Source: Candidatus Omnitrophota bacterium
GTDB lineage: Bacteria; Omnitrophota; Gorgyraeia; DTHP01
Reading direction: 5' to 3'
Length of the DNA stretch: 64,000 nucleotides
Assembly: GCA_023819145.1 (NCBI GenBank)
Contig: JAMWCW010000004.1
Span: 9,935-73,934 of the forward strand
A model generated the notes under the pieces. It saw nothing but the letters and a program-made list of their open reading frames with translations. It ran no database searches and was not told the origin of the DNA. Position 1 is the first letter of the stretch. Each line of letters starts with the position of its first letter. The position numbers were made by a program, and so were the translations under genes. Positions 19,776-29,196 of the stretch are shown here, piece by piece.

Positions 19776-20501
19776 CTAACAGGCCAAGGTCAATACCTCT
19801 ATAAGATTTGCACCATTTGATTTCAAAAGCTTCGCACACTCATCGACTGTTGAACCGGTAGTAAGAATATCGTCAATAATAAGAATGTTCTTTCCTCTAA
19901 TATGTTCTGGCTTTTTAATCTTAAACGCCCCTTTAATGTTTGACAAACGGTCCTCTGCATTCAGTTCACTCTGCGGTAGGGTAAATTTAACACGATAGAT
20001 ATTCTTAAGCAAGGCCTTGCTAAACTTCTTTGAAATAGGATAAGCAAGCAAAAGTGCCTGATTAAATTCTCTTTCCCTTAATTTTGTAGGGTGTAAAGGA
20101 ATAGGAAGGACATAATCAAATTTATCTATATTAATAAACTTAGCAATAAAATCATTTAATATTTTTCCAAAAAAATAGACCAGACCAGTGTAACGTTCGT
20201 ATTTAAATTTACGAATGCATTCACGCATTACCCCCTCATACAGAGCAACCGACCAAGCCCGATTAAAGAAGTGTTTTTTTGTCTTACAATCAACACAAAT
20301 ATTCTCGGGAATCAACTCTACCGCAATACTTCTACCACAGACGCTGCAAAAAGGAGGGTGATTCCACTGTATACTATAAAAACAGCTAAAACATAAGGGA
20401 CCCAATTCTTTAATATTTATTTTGTTCTGGCAAATAACACAACGAAAAGGATAAATTAGGTCAACCGTCCCTATAAATAAATCCTTCAAAACCTTAATCA
20501 T
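19776..20501 (-). CDS. comF: ComF family protein (double zinc ribbon + phosphoribosyltransferase domain)
   Basis: 241 aa; N-terminal CxxC...CxxC pairs; C-terminal PRTase motif ILIIDDILTTGSTVDE. Confidence 0.8.
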   Translation of the reverse strand: MIKVLKDLFIGTVDLIYPFRCVICQNKINIKELGPLCFSCFYSIQWNHPPFCSVCGRSIAVELIPENICVDCKTKKHFFNRAWSVALYEGVMRECIRKFKYERYTGLVYFFGKILNDFIAKFINIDKFDYVLPIPLHPTKLREREFNQALLLAYPISKKFSKALLKNIYRVKFTLPQSELNAEDRLSNIKGAFKIKKPEHIRGKNILIIDDILTTGSTVDECAKLLKSNGANLIEVLTLAC

Positions 20502-20561
20502 TGTTAATAATGATTATACAATTTCTGTCTCATTTTGTAAATAAATTTGGTTTATTTTTAT

Positions 20562-20590
20562 TTGACTAATATATATTTATAGAATAAAAT
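20562..20590 (+). promoter_or_regulatory. Predicted sigma70-like promoter (TTGACT-17 nt-TAAAAT) upstream of rmuC, in a divergent intergenic region
   Basis: TTGACT at 20562-20567, 17-nt spacer, TAAAAT at 20585-20590, 8 bp before the ATG at 20598. Confidence 0.3.
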
Positions 20591-20597
20591 AGGTTAT

Positions 20598-21647
20598 ATG
20601 GGTATCTTATTATTTATAATAGCTACATTAATCTTATGTTTATTGTTTTATTTATTTTTCTTTTTGAGACGTTACCTAAATAAAGAAACAGAATTTATAA
20701 AAAAAGATACCGATGAGAAATTGAATCTCCTCGCTCGTCAATGGAGTGAGGTTTTAGACCGAAATACCCAACTAATCACTTCCCAGTTAAACAATCTCCA
20801 AAATCAAGTAACCCAAAATTTAATAAACACTTCAAACGTAGTAACTAACGTACATAAGACATTGGGTAAATTAGAAGAAGGGACAAAACAGATATTTGAA
20901 GTAGGTAAAGATATAGCCAGTTTCCAAGAATTACTCCGTCAGCCTAAGTTTAGAGGAGAGTTTGGGCAGTTTATGTTAGAAAACGTTTTAGAGCAGATTA
21001 TACCTAAAGAGTATTATATCTTGCAACATCGGTTTAGAAACGGAGAGATAGCAGACGCAGTGATAAAAATTGGAGGTAATTTGGTGGTTGTAGATGCAAA
21101 ATTTCCTTTGGAGAGTTTCAAAAGAATAGTGGAAGCAAAAGAAGAATCAGAAAAAATGCGTGCTCGTAAAGATTTTATTCGGGCGGTGAATAAACATATA
21201 GAAGATATTTCGAATAAATATATCCTTCCTGATGAAGGAACCTATGACTTTGCCTTACTTTACATTCCTGCAGAAAATGTCTATTACGAAACGATTATAA
21301 AAGATAATTTAGATAATGAAAAGAGTATTCGGGATTATGCTCTGAGTAAAAAGGTAATACCGGTGTCTCCCAATAGTTTCTATGCCTACCTGATGATAAT
21401 TTTACGAGGCCTAAAAGGGCTAACCATTGAGAAACAAGCTCAGGAAGTTTTAGACAATCTTGCCCGTTTAAGGAATGAGTTTGGAAAGTTTTGTGAAGAG
21501 TTTGAAAAAACTGGTGCGCATCTAAAAGACGCAAACAAAAGCTATGAACGTGCAGTGATAAATCTGGAGAAATTTGACGATAAATTTAAACAGGTTGAAT
21601 CTCCAATCTCTAATTCAGATAGAACCCTTCCTCATGCAAGAATATAG
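20598..21647 (+). CDS. rmuC: DNA recombination protein RmuC
   Basis: 349 aa; N-terminal TM helix, long coiled coil, C-terminal RmuC nuclease-like region (LPDEGTYDFALLYIPAENVYYE). Confidence 0.8.
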   Translation: MGILLFIIATLILCLLFYLFFFLRRYLNKETEFIKKDTDEKLNLLARQWSEVLDRNTQLITSQLNNLQNQVTQNLINTSNVVTNVHKTLGKLEEGTKQIFEVGKDIASFQELLRQPKFRGEFGQFMLENVLEQIIPKEYYILQHRFRNGEIADAVIKIGGNLVVVDAKFPLESFKRIVEAKEESEKMRARKDFIRAVNKHIEDISNKYILPDEGTYDFALLYIPAENVYYETIIKDNLDNEKSIRDYALSKKVIPVSPNSFYAYLMIILRGLKGLTIEKQAQEVLDNLARLRNEFGKFCEEFEKTGAHLKDANKSYERAVINLEKFDDKFKQVESPISNSDRTLPHARI

Positions 21648-22251
21648 AAAAATTTATGAAGACAGATGGTTACTGATAGTTAATAAACCTCAAGGAATAT
21701 TAACCGCCCCTTTCAATCCGCAAGATAAAGATTCTCTACTTCAATTACTTAATAAGGAATACGAAAAACCTTTATTCCCCTGCCATCGCTTAGATAAAGA
21801 TACCTCAGGGCTGGTTATCTTTGCTAAGAGTAAAACAATACAAAAGAAAATTATGGGGCTATTCCGATCAAGAAAAATTAATAAAAAATATATAGGTGTT
21901 GTCCATGGTTGGATAGAGAAGGATAATGGAACAATTAAAAACTATCTATTCGACGGTTCAGATAAAAAAATCGCCATTACAAACTACAGAATAATATTGC
22001 GAAAGCCAGAGTACACGATATTAGAAATTGAACCTTTTACCGGAAGAAAGAATCAGATTCGTCTTCATTTTAAACAAATTGGACATCCTATAGTTGGAGA
22101 ACGAAAGTTTGTGTTTGCTCGAGATTATGACCTAAGGACAAAAAAATTACTTTTACATGCTGTGGAATTAAAATTTCCCCATCCCATAAATGGAAAAGAA
22201 CTAAAGTTATCTTCTCCTATACCAGAAGAAATTAAAAAATTTTTTCAATAA
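21634..22251 (+). CDS. RluA family pseudouridine synthase
   Basis: LLIVNKPQGIL...CHRLDKDTSGLVIFAKS (catalytic Asp motif HRLD) ...GRKNQIRLHF; start chosen at ATG 21634 (14-bp overlap with rmuC) rather than the ORF-track start 21574. Confidence 0.8.
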   Translation: MQEYRKIYEDRWLLIVNKPQGILTAPFNPQDKDSLLQLLNKEYEKPLFPCHRLDKDTSGLVIFAKSKTIQKKIMGLFRSRKINKKYIGVVHGWIEKDNGTIKNYLFDGSDKKIAITNYRIILRKPEYTILEIEPFTGRKNQIRLHFKQIGHPIVGERKFVFARDYDLRTKKLLLHAVELKFPHPINGKELKLSSPIPEEIKKFFQ

Positions 22252-22273
22252 TTTTATAATAAAGTAAGGGAGG

Positions 22274-22792
22274 ATGATGAATAAATTAAATTTATTTTTA
22301 ATCATTATTTTTGCCATGTTAAAAAATGCCTTTGCCATAGAAATAACCAGTAGCTCTTTCGAATCTAATGAGTTTATTCCACCAAAATTTACCTGCCAAG
22401 GTGAGAACATATCGCCACACCTTGCTTGGAAATATTTTCCCGAAGAGACAGAAAGTTTCGTGATTATCTGTGATGACCCCGATGCCCCATTTAAAACATG
22501 GGTTCACTGGGTAATATATGACATTCCTAAGGAAACTAATAAGCTTGATGCAGGAATTCCTCCTAAAGAAATATTAGATTTTGGAGCAAAACAAGGAATA
22601 AATGATTTTGGTAACATTGGCTATGGTGGGCCATGTCCTCCCCCTGGAAAACCTCATCGTTATTTTTTTAAAATCTTTGCCTTGAAAAAAAGGCTCAATC
22701 TTCCTCCTGGTTTAGACAAGGAAAGTGTTCTTAAAGCGATGGAAGGGAATATTATTGAAGAAGCAGAATTGGTAGGTAAATATAAGAGATAG
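22274..22792 (+). CDS. YbhB/YbcL family Raf-kinase-inhibitor-like (PEBP) protein, secreted
   Basis: 172 aa; signal peptide; ICDDPDAP...WVHWVIYDIP...GYGGPCPPPGKPHRYFFKIFAL PEBP signature. Confidence 0.85.
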   Translation: MMNKLNLFLIIIFAMLKNAFAIEITSSSFESNEFIPPKFTCQGENISPHLAWKYFPEETESFVIICDDPDAPFKTWVHWVIYDIPKETNKLDAGIPPKEILDFGAKQGINDFGNIGYGGPCPPPGKPHRYFFKIFALKKRLNLPPGLDKESVLKAMEGNIIEEAELVGKYKR

Positions 22793-23562
22793 ATGTATAA
22801 AATAATCCTTTTGGGAGTTATTCAGGGTATAACCGAGTTTCTACCCATCAGCAGTTCTGGACATTTAATTATTTTCTCATGGTTATTTAAAGAAAAAATT
22901 TCTTTAAGTTCAGTGGTATTTTTCCATGCAGGAACTTTGCTAGCTCTTCTGTGATTAAAGGAGGAATATCTTTTTTAAGAAATAAAAACATTAACAAATC
23001 AGAGGAAGGGAAGATATTCTGGCTAATTATACTGGCTACAATTCCCGCAGCAATCTTTGGAAAATTATTTGAAACAGAAGTAGAAAAAATATTCTATAAA
23101 CCTTTACTAGTGGCATTAAATATCGGTGGTTTTGCGGTTCTATTCTATTTTATTGATAAATTTAGCAAAAAAAATAAAAATATCGCTGAGCTTAATATTT
23201 CCCAAGTATTGTTCATTGGGATAACACAGACATTTGCAATTATTCCAGGTATTTCTCGCTCAGGTATAACTATAGTAGGTGGCCTTCTTATGGGCATGAA
23301 CAGAGAAAACGCTGTAAAGTTTTCTTTTTTTCTTTCCTTTCCTATAATTCTTGGTTCGGTCATATTAAAATCGCACGATATTCTACATGATTTCTCTTGC
23401 TATTTATCTAACCAACATGGTTTAGCGTTTATCTCCTCCTGCATTTCTAGTATATTAGCAATAGATTTTCTAATTAGATTCGTGAAACATCACACTTTTA
23501 AGATATTTATAGCCTATCGTATCCTGTTTTCTCTTTTAATTATGAGCATAATTTTGATATAA
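22793..23562 (+). pseudogene. uppP: Undecaprenyl-diphosphate phosphatase (UppP/BacA) interrupted by a frameshift near 22945-22955
   Basis: Frame A 22793-22954 encodes [27 protein letters not shown]...[10 protein letters not shown] (UppP N-terminus). Frame B 22951-23562 continues with ...GITQTFAIIPGISRSGITIVGGLLMG... (UppP core). Together they give ~257 aa, a normal UppP length. Confidence 0.7.
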
Positions 23563-23579
23563 TTAATAACAAAAAAATT

Positions 23580-24671
23580 ATGAAAAATTCTTCTCGTAAG
23601 AATAAAATCATACATCGGGAAAAAATTTACGGAGTGGATATCGGAAAGAGTGGAGTAAAAATTGCTCTTCTTTTCAAGAATCAAGAAAAAAACATTATGT
23701 TAGAGAATTTAACTTACCAAGATTTTCCAATATACATAGATTCTTTGAAAAACACGACCGTCGTCCAAACAATTCGCGAAGCAATAAGCAAACTGGAAGT
23801 AGAAACAGAAAGAATAAAAGCGGTAGTCAATCTTTACGGAACAGAACCTGTAATAAAATTTCTCACCCTCCCCCATATGCCTGAAGATGAGCTTAATAAG
23901 ACTATAAGATGGCAGGCGCAAAAACATATCATATACGATTTAGAAAAAATGATTATAGATTATGCTATATTAAACACGTTTGAGGAAATGGGCGTAAAAA
24001 AAATCAGTTTAGTTTTAGCTGCAACAATGAAAGAAACAATAATCAATCAATTAGAGATATTGAAAGAAGCAAATATTGAACCTGTGGCTATAGATGTGGA
24101 TTGTTTAGCACAGTTTTATTTAGCAAGAGAAAAAGGAATCCTTAATACTACTGATAGCGTATGCATCTTAGATATTGGAGCTAAAAATGCAGTAATACAG
24201 ATTATAGACAATGGTATTCCACGTTTTAGAAGAGAATGCATAAACATTGGGGCTTCAGAAATCAACAAAGCGATCAAAGAAACTCTTAAAGTCAGTTGGG
24301 AAGATGCAGAAAAAATAAAAAGAGAATTTTCTTTAAGTTCTCTAGAAATGGAAAACAATGGAGAAGATAAAGTTAAAGGTATAATAAAGAAGGTTATAGA
24401 AGATGCAATAATTGAAATAAAACGTTCATTAGATTATTATATTGATATCTCCCCGCAAAAGAGTGTGGAATGTATATTCCTTACTGGTGGAGGAGCTCTC
24501 CTTGGCCATCTCGACCTTTATCTTAAACAACAATTGGGCATTAAAGTAGAGAAACTAGACCCCTTTAAAGATGTGGTATTCTCTGAAAAGATTAAAGATA
24601 TAAAATACGCACAGAATAATTCATTGCGTTTTGTAACGGCAATGGGCTTAGCTTTGGAGGCGATTTTATAA
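23580..24671 (+). CDS. pilM: Type IV pilus assembly protein PilM (actin-like ATPase fold)
   Basis: 363 aa; GVDIGKSGVKIALL N-terminal ASKHA fold; ...IDVDCLAQFY...LTGGGALL; first gene of a pilMNOPQ array. Confidence 0.8.
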   Translation: MKNSSRKNKIIHREKIYGVDIGKSGVKIALLFKNQEKNIMLENLTYQDFPIYIDSLKNTTVVQTIREAISKLEVETERIKAVVNLYGTEPVIKFLTLPHMPEDELNKTIRWQAQKHIIYDLEKMIIDYAILNTFEEMGVKKISLVLAATMKETIINQLEILKEANIEPVAIDVDCLAQFYLAREKGILNTTDSVCILDIGAKNAVIQIIDNGIPRFRRECINIGASEINKAIKETLKVSWEDAEKIKREFSLSSLEMENNGEDKVKGIIKKVIEDAIIEIKRSLDYYIDISPQKSVECIFLTGGGALLGHLDLYLKQQLGIKVEKLDPFKDVVFSEKIKDIKYAQNNSLRFVTAMGLALEAIL

Positions 24672-25286
24672 ATGAAAACAAAACTGAATCTCTTGCCTAA
24701 GGACTTAATAAAGAAAGAAAGAAAAGAACAAGAAAGACTAAATTTAAACCAATTTAAGATTATTATTGTAATTTTCATACTTCTTCTTTCCTGGAAATCA
24801 CTCGCCTTTGGTATCCTATTGAAGATCAAATCAACCACCAATAGAAAAACAAAAGAAATCGTGAAACTAGACCAAAAAATTGCTACCCTAAAGATGTCTG
24901 CAGAGGCTGAGCTAAAAACCAAAGAGGACAAACTAAATCTGTTAAAAGACCAGCTTGCTATTAAAGAAGAGGAGGTTAAGAATTTGGAGCCAATTAGGCA
25001 ACTCATCTCACAAAAAGAAAAATTTGTTTATAATTTACTGAAAGCAATTGCAGATTATATTCCTGAGGAAGTATGGTTAGAGGAGTTTGGTTTCGAACGA
25101 GAAGAAAACAACTGTTTTTTAAAAGGATGTGGATTATCCCATAATAAAATCGCAGTGTTTTTATCCAAAATAAACCAATTGCCCTATTTTAAAGAACTAT
25201 ACCTAAAGCAATCCGAGAGAATATTTGATGAAAAATTTGAAAAGGATATAGTCCGTTTCGAAATAATTGGTAAATTGAATTTATAA
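24672..25286 (+). CDS. pilN: Type IV pilus assembly protein PilN
   Basis: 204 aa; LNLLP motif at the N-terminus, single TM, coiled coil, periplasmic domain; position after pilM. Confidence 0.65.
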   Translation: MKTKLNLLPKDLIKKERKEQERLNLNQFKIIIVIFILLLSWKSLAFGILLKIKSTTNRKTKEIVKLDQKIATLKMSAEAELKTKEDKLNLLKDQLAIKEEEVKNLEPIRQLISQKEKFVYNLLKAIADYIPEEVWLEEFGFEREENNCFLKGCGLSHNKIAVFLSKINQLPYFKELYLKQSERIFDEKFEKDIVRFEIIGKLNL

Positions 25287-25287
25287 A

Positions 25288-25890
25288 ATGTTTAAAATAA
25301 ACATCAATAATATCAGTAGAGGTAGTGGTTTATTAAAATCTAAGCGAGAAATGTATCTATTAGCATTGTTTATCTTTATAATTTTCTTACGACTCTTTGT
25401 GCCGGGGGATCTCAAAAAGATTAAAAACGCTAATCTGGAAAATTTAGCAAAACAAGAAGAACTAAACCGTAAAAAGACTGAATTTTTTTCTATCGAGAGT
25501 CTGCTTAAAGACCAGCAGAGATACGAAGAAGAATACAACCAGATATCAAAAGTTTCAGAATCTTTAGACAAGCAAATAGCCGAATCTAAAAATGCTTTGG
25601 TAGCCAAAGAAAAGGTGGCAGAGATTCTAAATGAGCTTACTTCCATTACAAAATCCGGTGATATAGAATTTATTTTGATAACTACGGCCCCTATGGTAAA
25701 ATATGAAAAATATGACGCGTTGTCAATCAAGATGAAAATAAATGCAAGATATTCTAACCTTATGTCTTATATAAAAAGTTTAGAATCGCTTCCTTTTCTA
25801 TTAGATATTAAAAGGTTAACTGTCAGTTCACCTAAGGCGAATGGATTTATACTTGCAGAAACCGAACTTGTCATGTATGTTAGTAAATAG
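25288..25890 (+). CDS. pilO: Type IV pilus assembly protein PilO
   Basis: 200 aa; single TM, coiled coil, C-terminal ferredoxin-like part; position between pilN and pilP/Q. Confidence 0.55.
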   Translation: MFKININNISRGSGLLKSKREMYLLALFIFIIFLRLFVPGDLKKIKNANLENLAKQEELNRKKTEFFSIESLLKDQQRYEEEYNQISKVSESLDKQIAESKNALVAKEKVAEILNELTSITKSGDIEFILITTAPMVKYEKYDALSIKMKINARYSNLMSYIKSLESLPFLLDIKRLTVSSPKANGFILAETELVMYVSK

Positions 25891-26257
25891 AAGAATTTTA
25901 TTTATATTTCTACTTTTTTATTATTTATTGTCTCTTAAAAAAGTTCTATCCGAAGAAATAACGACGTTACGAAACCCCTTTGAATCGTGGTTTTTTATAA
26001 AGGAAAGAGAAGAAAGAAAACTCAAAGAAAAAGAAATGGCTATCCAAGAACCATTTAAGCAACGCAGAGACATCAAACTGCAGCTTAAGGGTATTTTAAC
26101 GGGTAAGCGTAATTTAGCTATAATTAACGAAGAGATTCTGGGAGAAGGAGAAATTATCGAGGGTAAAAAAGTATTAAGAATAGAAAAGAAAAAAGTTGTT
26201 CTCCAAGGAATACAGGAAAAAGAAGAGGTTATTCTGGAGTTAGCCGATGAATTTTAG
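25841..26257 (+). CDS. pilP: PilP-like pilus assembly protein
   Basis: 138 aa; N-terminal hydrophobic segment, RNPF motif, C-terminal beta domain (LKGILTGKRNLAIINEEILGEGEII); position immediately upstream of the secretin; alternative start ATG 25877. Confidence 0.4.
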   Translation: MDLYLQKPNLSCMLVNRRILFIFLLFYYLLSLKKVLSEEITTLRNPFESWFFIKEREERKLKEKEMAIQEPFKQRRDIKLQLKGILTGKRNLAIINEEILGEGEIIEGKKVLRIEKKKVVLQGIQEKEEVILELADEF

Positions 26258-27989
26258 ATATATAAAAATATCAGCGGTTTTTATTTCAGTTTTAATCTTT
26301 GGTTTTCTAAGAAACACAAACGCTTCTTTAGAAACTAAGATAATTCTCGTAGATATCCAGAATAAACTGATTGCGATAGATAGGGGAAGTATCGATGGTT
26401 TAGAAGAGAAGACTTTTTTCTATGCCTATCGTCAAAACAAGTTTGTAGGAGAACTTATCATTTTTAAAACCTCTCGCCAGGTAGCTATTTGCGAAATTAG
26501 AAGCCTAGAAAAAGGAATAGATTTTAAAGTCAATGATACGTTAACCTTACTCAATCCTCAAGAAAAAGTACAGCTGGATAAAGAAAGAGTATCAAGCGTT
26601 TCAACATTAGAGAATCAACAGAGGCTTAGTGCACAAGAACTAGCTAATGAAGAGGCAAAAAAAAGGGAAATAGAAGAAGTGTTGCTTAAAGAAAAAGCAC
26701 GAGGGATTGCAGAGGTAGTAAAATCAGAAAAAGAATTACAGAAGATCAAAGAAGAAGCAGAAACAATTGTCAAAGAAGTAATCGAAGAAAAGAAAAAAGC
26801 AAAGAGAATAATTTCTTTTGATTTTAGAGATGTAGATATAAGAAATATCATCAAAAGTATTGCCCGCGAGGCAGATGTAAATATTGTAACACCACCAGAT
26901 TTACCTTCTCTTCCCATTACGATAAATCTTAAAGATGTAGATATGGAGAGTGCGCTGGATACTATCCTCCGTATGGTTGATTATACGTTTATAAAAGAAG
27001 ATAACCTCTATAAAGTTGTTAAAGTAGAATTAGCAGAAAAGAAAACCACCTCTAAAACTTTTACCCCCCTTTATATTCAAGTAGATAAGTTAAAGACTTT
27101 AATCAGTGATGGTGGTTTACTTTCTTCTGAGGGAAAAGTAGTAGTCGACAGCCGTTCAAATAAGATGGTAGTCATAGATGTCATCTCCAATCTAAATAAG
27201 ATTGAAGAACTCGTTACACAGGTAGATGTAAAACCGAGACAAGTTAACATTGAGGCAAAGATCTTAGATGTTTCTTTAACGGATACCGAAACTTTGGGAA
27301 TAGAATGGACCTGGGTAAAGCCAAGAAGCGGAGCTTCTACAAGTGATAAGCTTACCTCGGGATTTACTATTGATTCCACTTCGGGAATAGGAAAAGGATT
27401 TTTTAAATATGGAACCTTAAATGCGGAAGAGATTGCCATGGTTTTAGAAGCACTTATGAAGCGTGAACACGCTAATATCCTTTCTAAACCTACCATTACC
27501 ACTTTAAATAATGAAGAGGCCAAAATAAATGTTACTTCAAAGATTCCTTATCAAACCGGAACGACTACTACTGAGACCACCGGAGGGGTAACTACTACAA
27601 CGGTTAGTTGGGAAGAAAAAGAAGTGGGCGTAACTCTCTCAGTTACTCCTTATATCTGCGAAACGGGAGATATTATTATGAAAATTGAGCCTACGGCAAG
27701 TTTATTACAAGGATATACTTCCGATGACCCTGCGACTCGCTATCCGTTGATTATGTCACGTTCCGCTACTACCCAGGTAATGGTTAAAGACGGAGAGACC
27801 TTAGTCATTGGAGGGTTGATCACTCAAGAGTTGAGAGATACAAAGACAGGTATCCCCATCTTAAGCGACATTCCCTTACTGGGCATACCCTTTCAAAAAA
27901 GGAGTAAAGAGTTAAAAAATACGGAGCTAATAATTTTCATTACACCCCACATAGTGCCTTCAGAGGAGGAGGTGAAACCGAAAGGATAA
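26247..27989 (+). CDS. pilQ: Type IV pilus secretin PilQ
   Basis: 580 aa; signal peptide, AMIN/N-domains, C-terminal secretin domain (...ETLVIGGLITQE...IPILSDIPLLGIPF...ELIIFITPHIV). Confidence 0.85.
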   Translation: MNFRYIKISAVFISVLIFGFLRNTNASLETKIILVDIQNKLIAIDRGSIDGLEEKTFFYAYRQNKFVGELIIFKTSRQVAICEIRSLEKGIDFKVNDTLTLLNPQEKVQLDKERVSSVSTLENQQRLSAQELANEEAKKREIEEVLLKEKARGIAEVVKSEKELQKIKEEAETIVKEVIEEKKKAKRIISFDFRDVDIRNIIKSIAREADVNIVTPPDLPSLPITINLKDVDMESALDTILRMVDYTFIKEDNLYKVVKVELAEKKTTSKTFTPLYIQVDKLKTLISDGGLLSSEGKVVVDSRSNKMVVIDVISNLNKIEELVTQVDVKPRQVNIEAKILDVSLTDTETLGIEWTWVKPRSGASTSDKLTSGFTIDSTSGIGKGFFKYGTLNAEEIAMVLEALMKREHANILSKPTITTLNNEEAKINVTSKIPYQTGTTTTETTGGVTTTTVSWEEKEVGVTLSVTPYICETGDIIMKIEPTASLLQGYTSDDPATRYPLIMSRSATTQVMVKDGETLVIGGLITQELRDTKTGIPILSDIPLLGIPFQKRSKELKNTELIIFITPHIVPSEEEVKPKG

Positions 27990-27992
27990 ATC

Positions 27993-29153
27993 ATGGGAGA
28001 ATGGATTGGTATTGGTAAAAAAGCGCGGCGTTGTTACGGCTTTGACGAAGTAGCGTTGGTGCCAGGAAAGATAACTATAAATCCTGAAGAAGTTGACACT
28101 TCTTGGCGATTAGGTTCTATGTGCTTTAAAGTTCCCATAATTGCTGCTGCCATGGATGGAGTAGTAGATGTAAAATTTAGTATCACCATGGGTAAATTGG
28201 GAGGGTTAGCAGTTCTTAATCTTGAAGGAGTACAGACGCGTTACAATAATCCCGACCGTGTATTAAAAAGAATTGCCGAAGCAAGTCCTGAAGAAGCTAC
28301 TCATCTGGTACAGAGTATTTATCGTGAACCGATTAAAGAAAAACTGATTGAAAAAAGAATTAAAGAGATAAAAAAAGCAAGAGTCCCCTGTGCGGTATCG
28401 AGTATTCCTCAAAGGGCCAAGAAATTTGGGAAAATTGCTTATGATTCAGGAGTAGATATATTTGTAGTTCAGTCTACAGTAGCAACCTTAAAACACATTG
28501 CTAATCAATATGAAATTCTTGATTATGCAGACTTCTGTAGAAAAATGAGAATTCCGGTAGTCATAGGAAACTGTGTTACCTATGAGACTACCTTAGAATT
28601 AATGATGGCGGGAGCAGCTGCCATCCTTGTAGGAATTGGTCCCGGTGCAGCATGCACTACAAGAGGAGTTTTGGGAATTGGTGTCCCTCAAGTTACCGCC
28701 ACAATAGACTGCGCAGCGGCGAGAGACTTTTATTATAAGAAAACAAAAAAATATATCCCCATTATCACAGACGGGGGTATGCGTACTGGAGGAGATATTT
28801 GTAAAGCATTTGCCTGCGGAGCAGATGCAGTGATGGTTGGTTCTGCTTTTGCTCGGGCGAAAGAAGCTCCCGGGCGAGGTTACCATTGGGGCATGGCGAC
28901 TCCTCATCTCAATCTTCCGCGAGGAACGAGAATCTATGTAGGTACAGCGGGAAATCTTGAAGAAATTCTCTTTGGCCCGGCTAAGATAGACGACGGTTCA
29001 CAGAACCTTGTAGGAGCTCTAGCAACTGCTATGGGTTCATTGGGAGCAAAGAATATAAAAGAAATGCATCGGGCAGAAATAATTATTGCACCCTCTATAC
29101 AAACCGAAGGAAAACTCCTTCAACGCATCCAACGTGTAGGTATGGGAAAATAA
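27993..29153 (+). CDS. IMP dehydrogenase/GMP reductase family protein (GuaB3-like, no CBS pair)
   Basis: 386 aa; TIM barrel with GIGPGAACTTRGVLGIGVPQVTA (catalytic Cys loop) and ITDGGMRTGGDICKAFACGADAVMVGS. Confidence 0.75.
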   Translation: MGEWIGIGKKARRCYGFDEVALVPGKITINPEEVDTSWRLGSMCFKVPIIAAAMDGVVDVKFSITMGKLGGLAVLNLEGVQTRYNNPDRVLKRIAEASPEEATHLVQSIYREPIKEKLIEKRIKEIKKARVPCAVSSIPQRAKKFGKIAYDSGVDIFVVQSTVATLKHIANQYEILDYADFCRKMRIPVVIGNCVTYETTLELMMAGAAAILVGIGPGAACTTRGVLGIGVPQVTATIDCAAARDFYYKKTKKYIPIITDGGMRTGGDICKAFACGADAVMVGSAFARAKEAPGRGYHWGMATPHLNLPRGTRIYVGTAGNLEEILFGPAKIDDGSQNLVGALATAMGSLGAKNIKEMHRAEIIIAPSIQTEGKLLQRIQRVGMGK

Positions 29154-29196
29154 ACTACTACAGATTAAACAACATAAAAGATGACATTACACCAAA

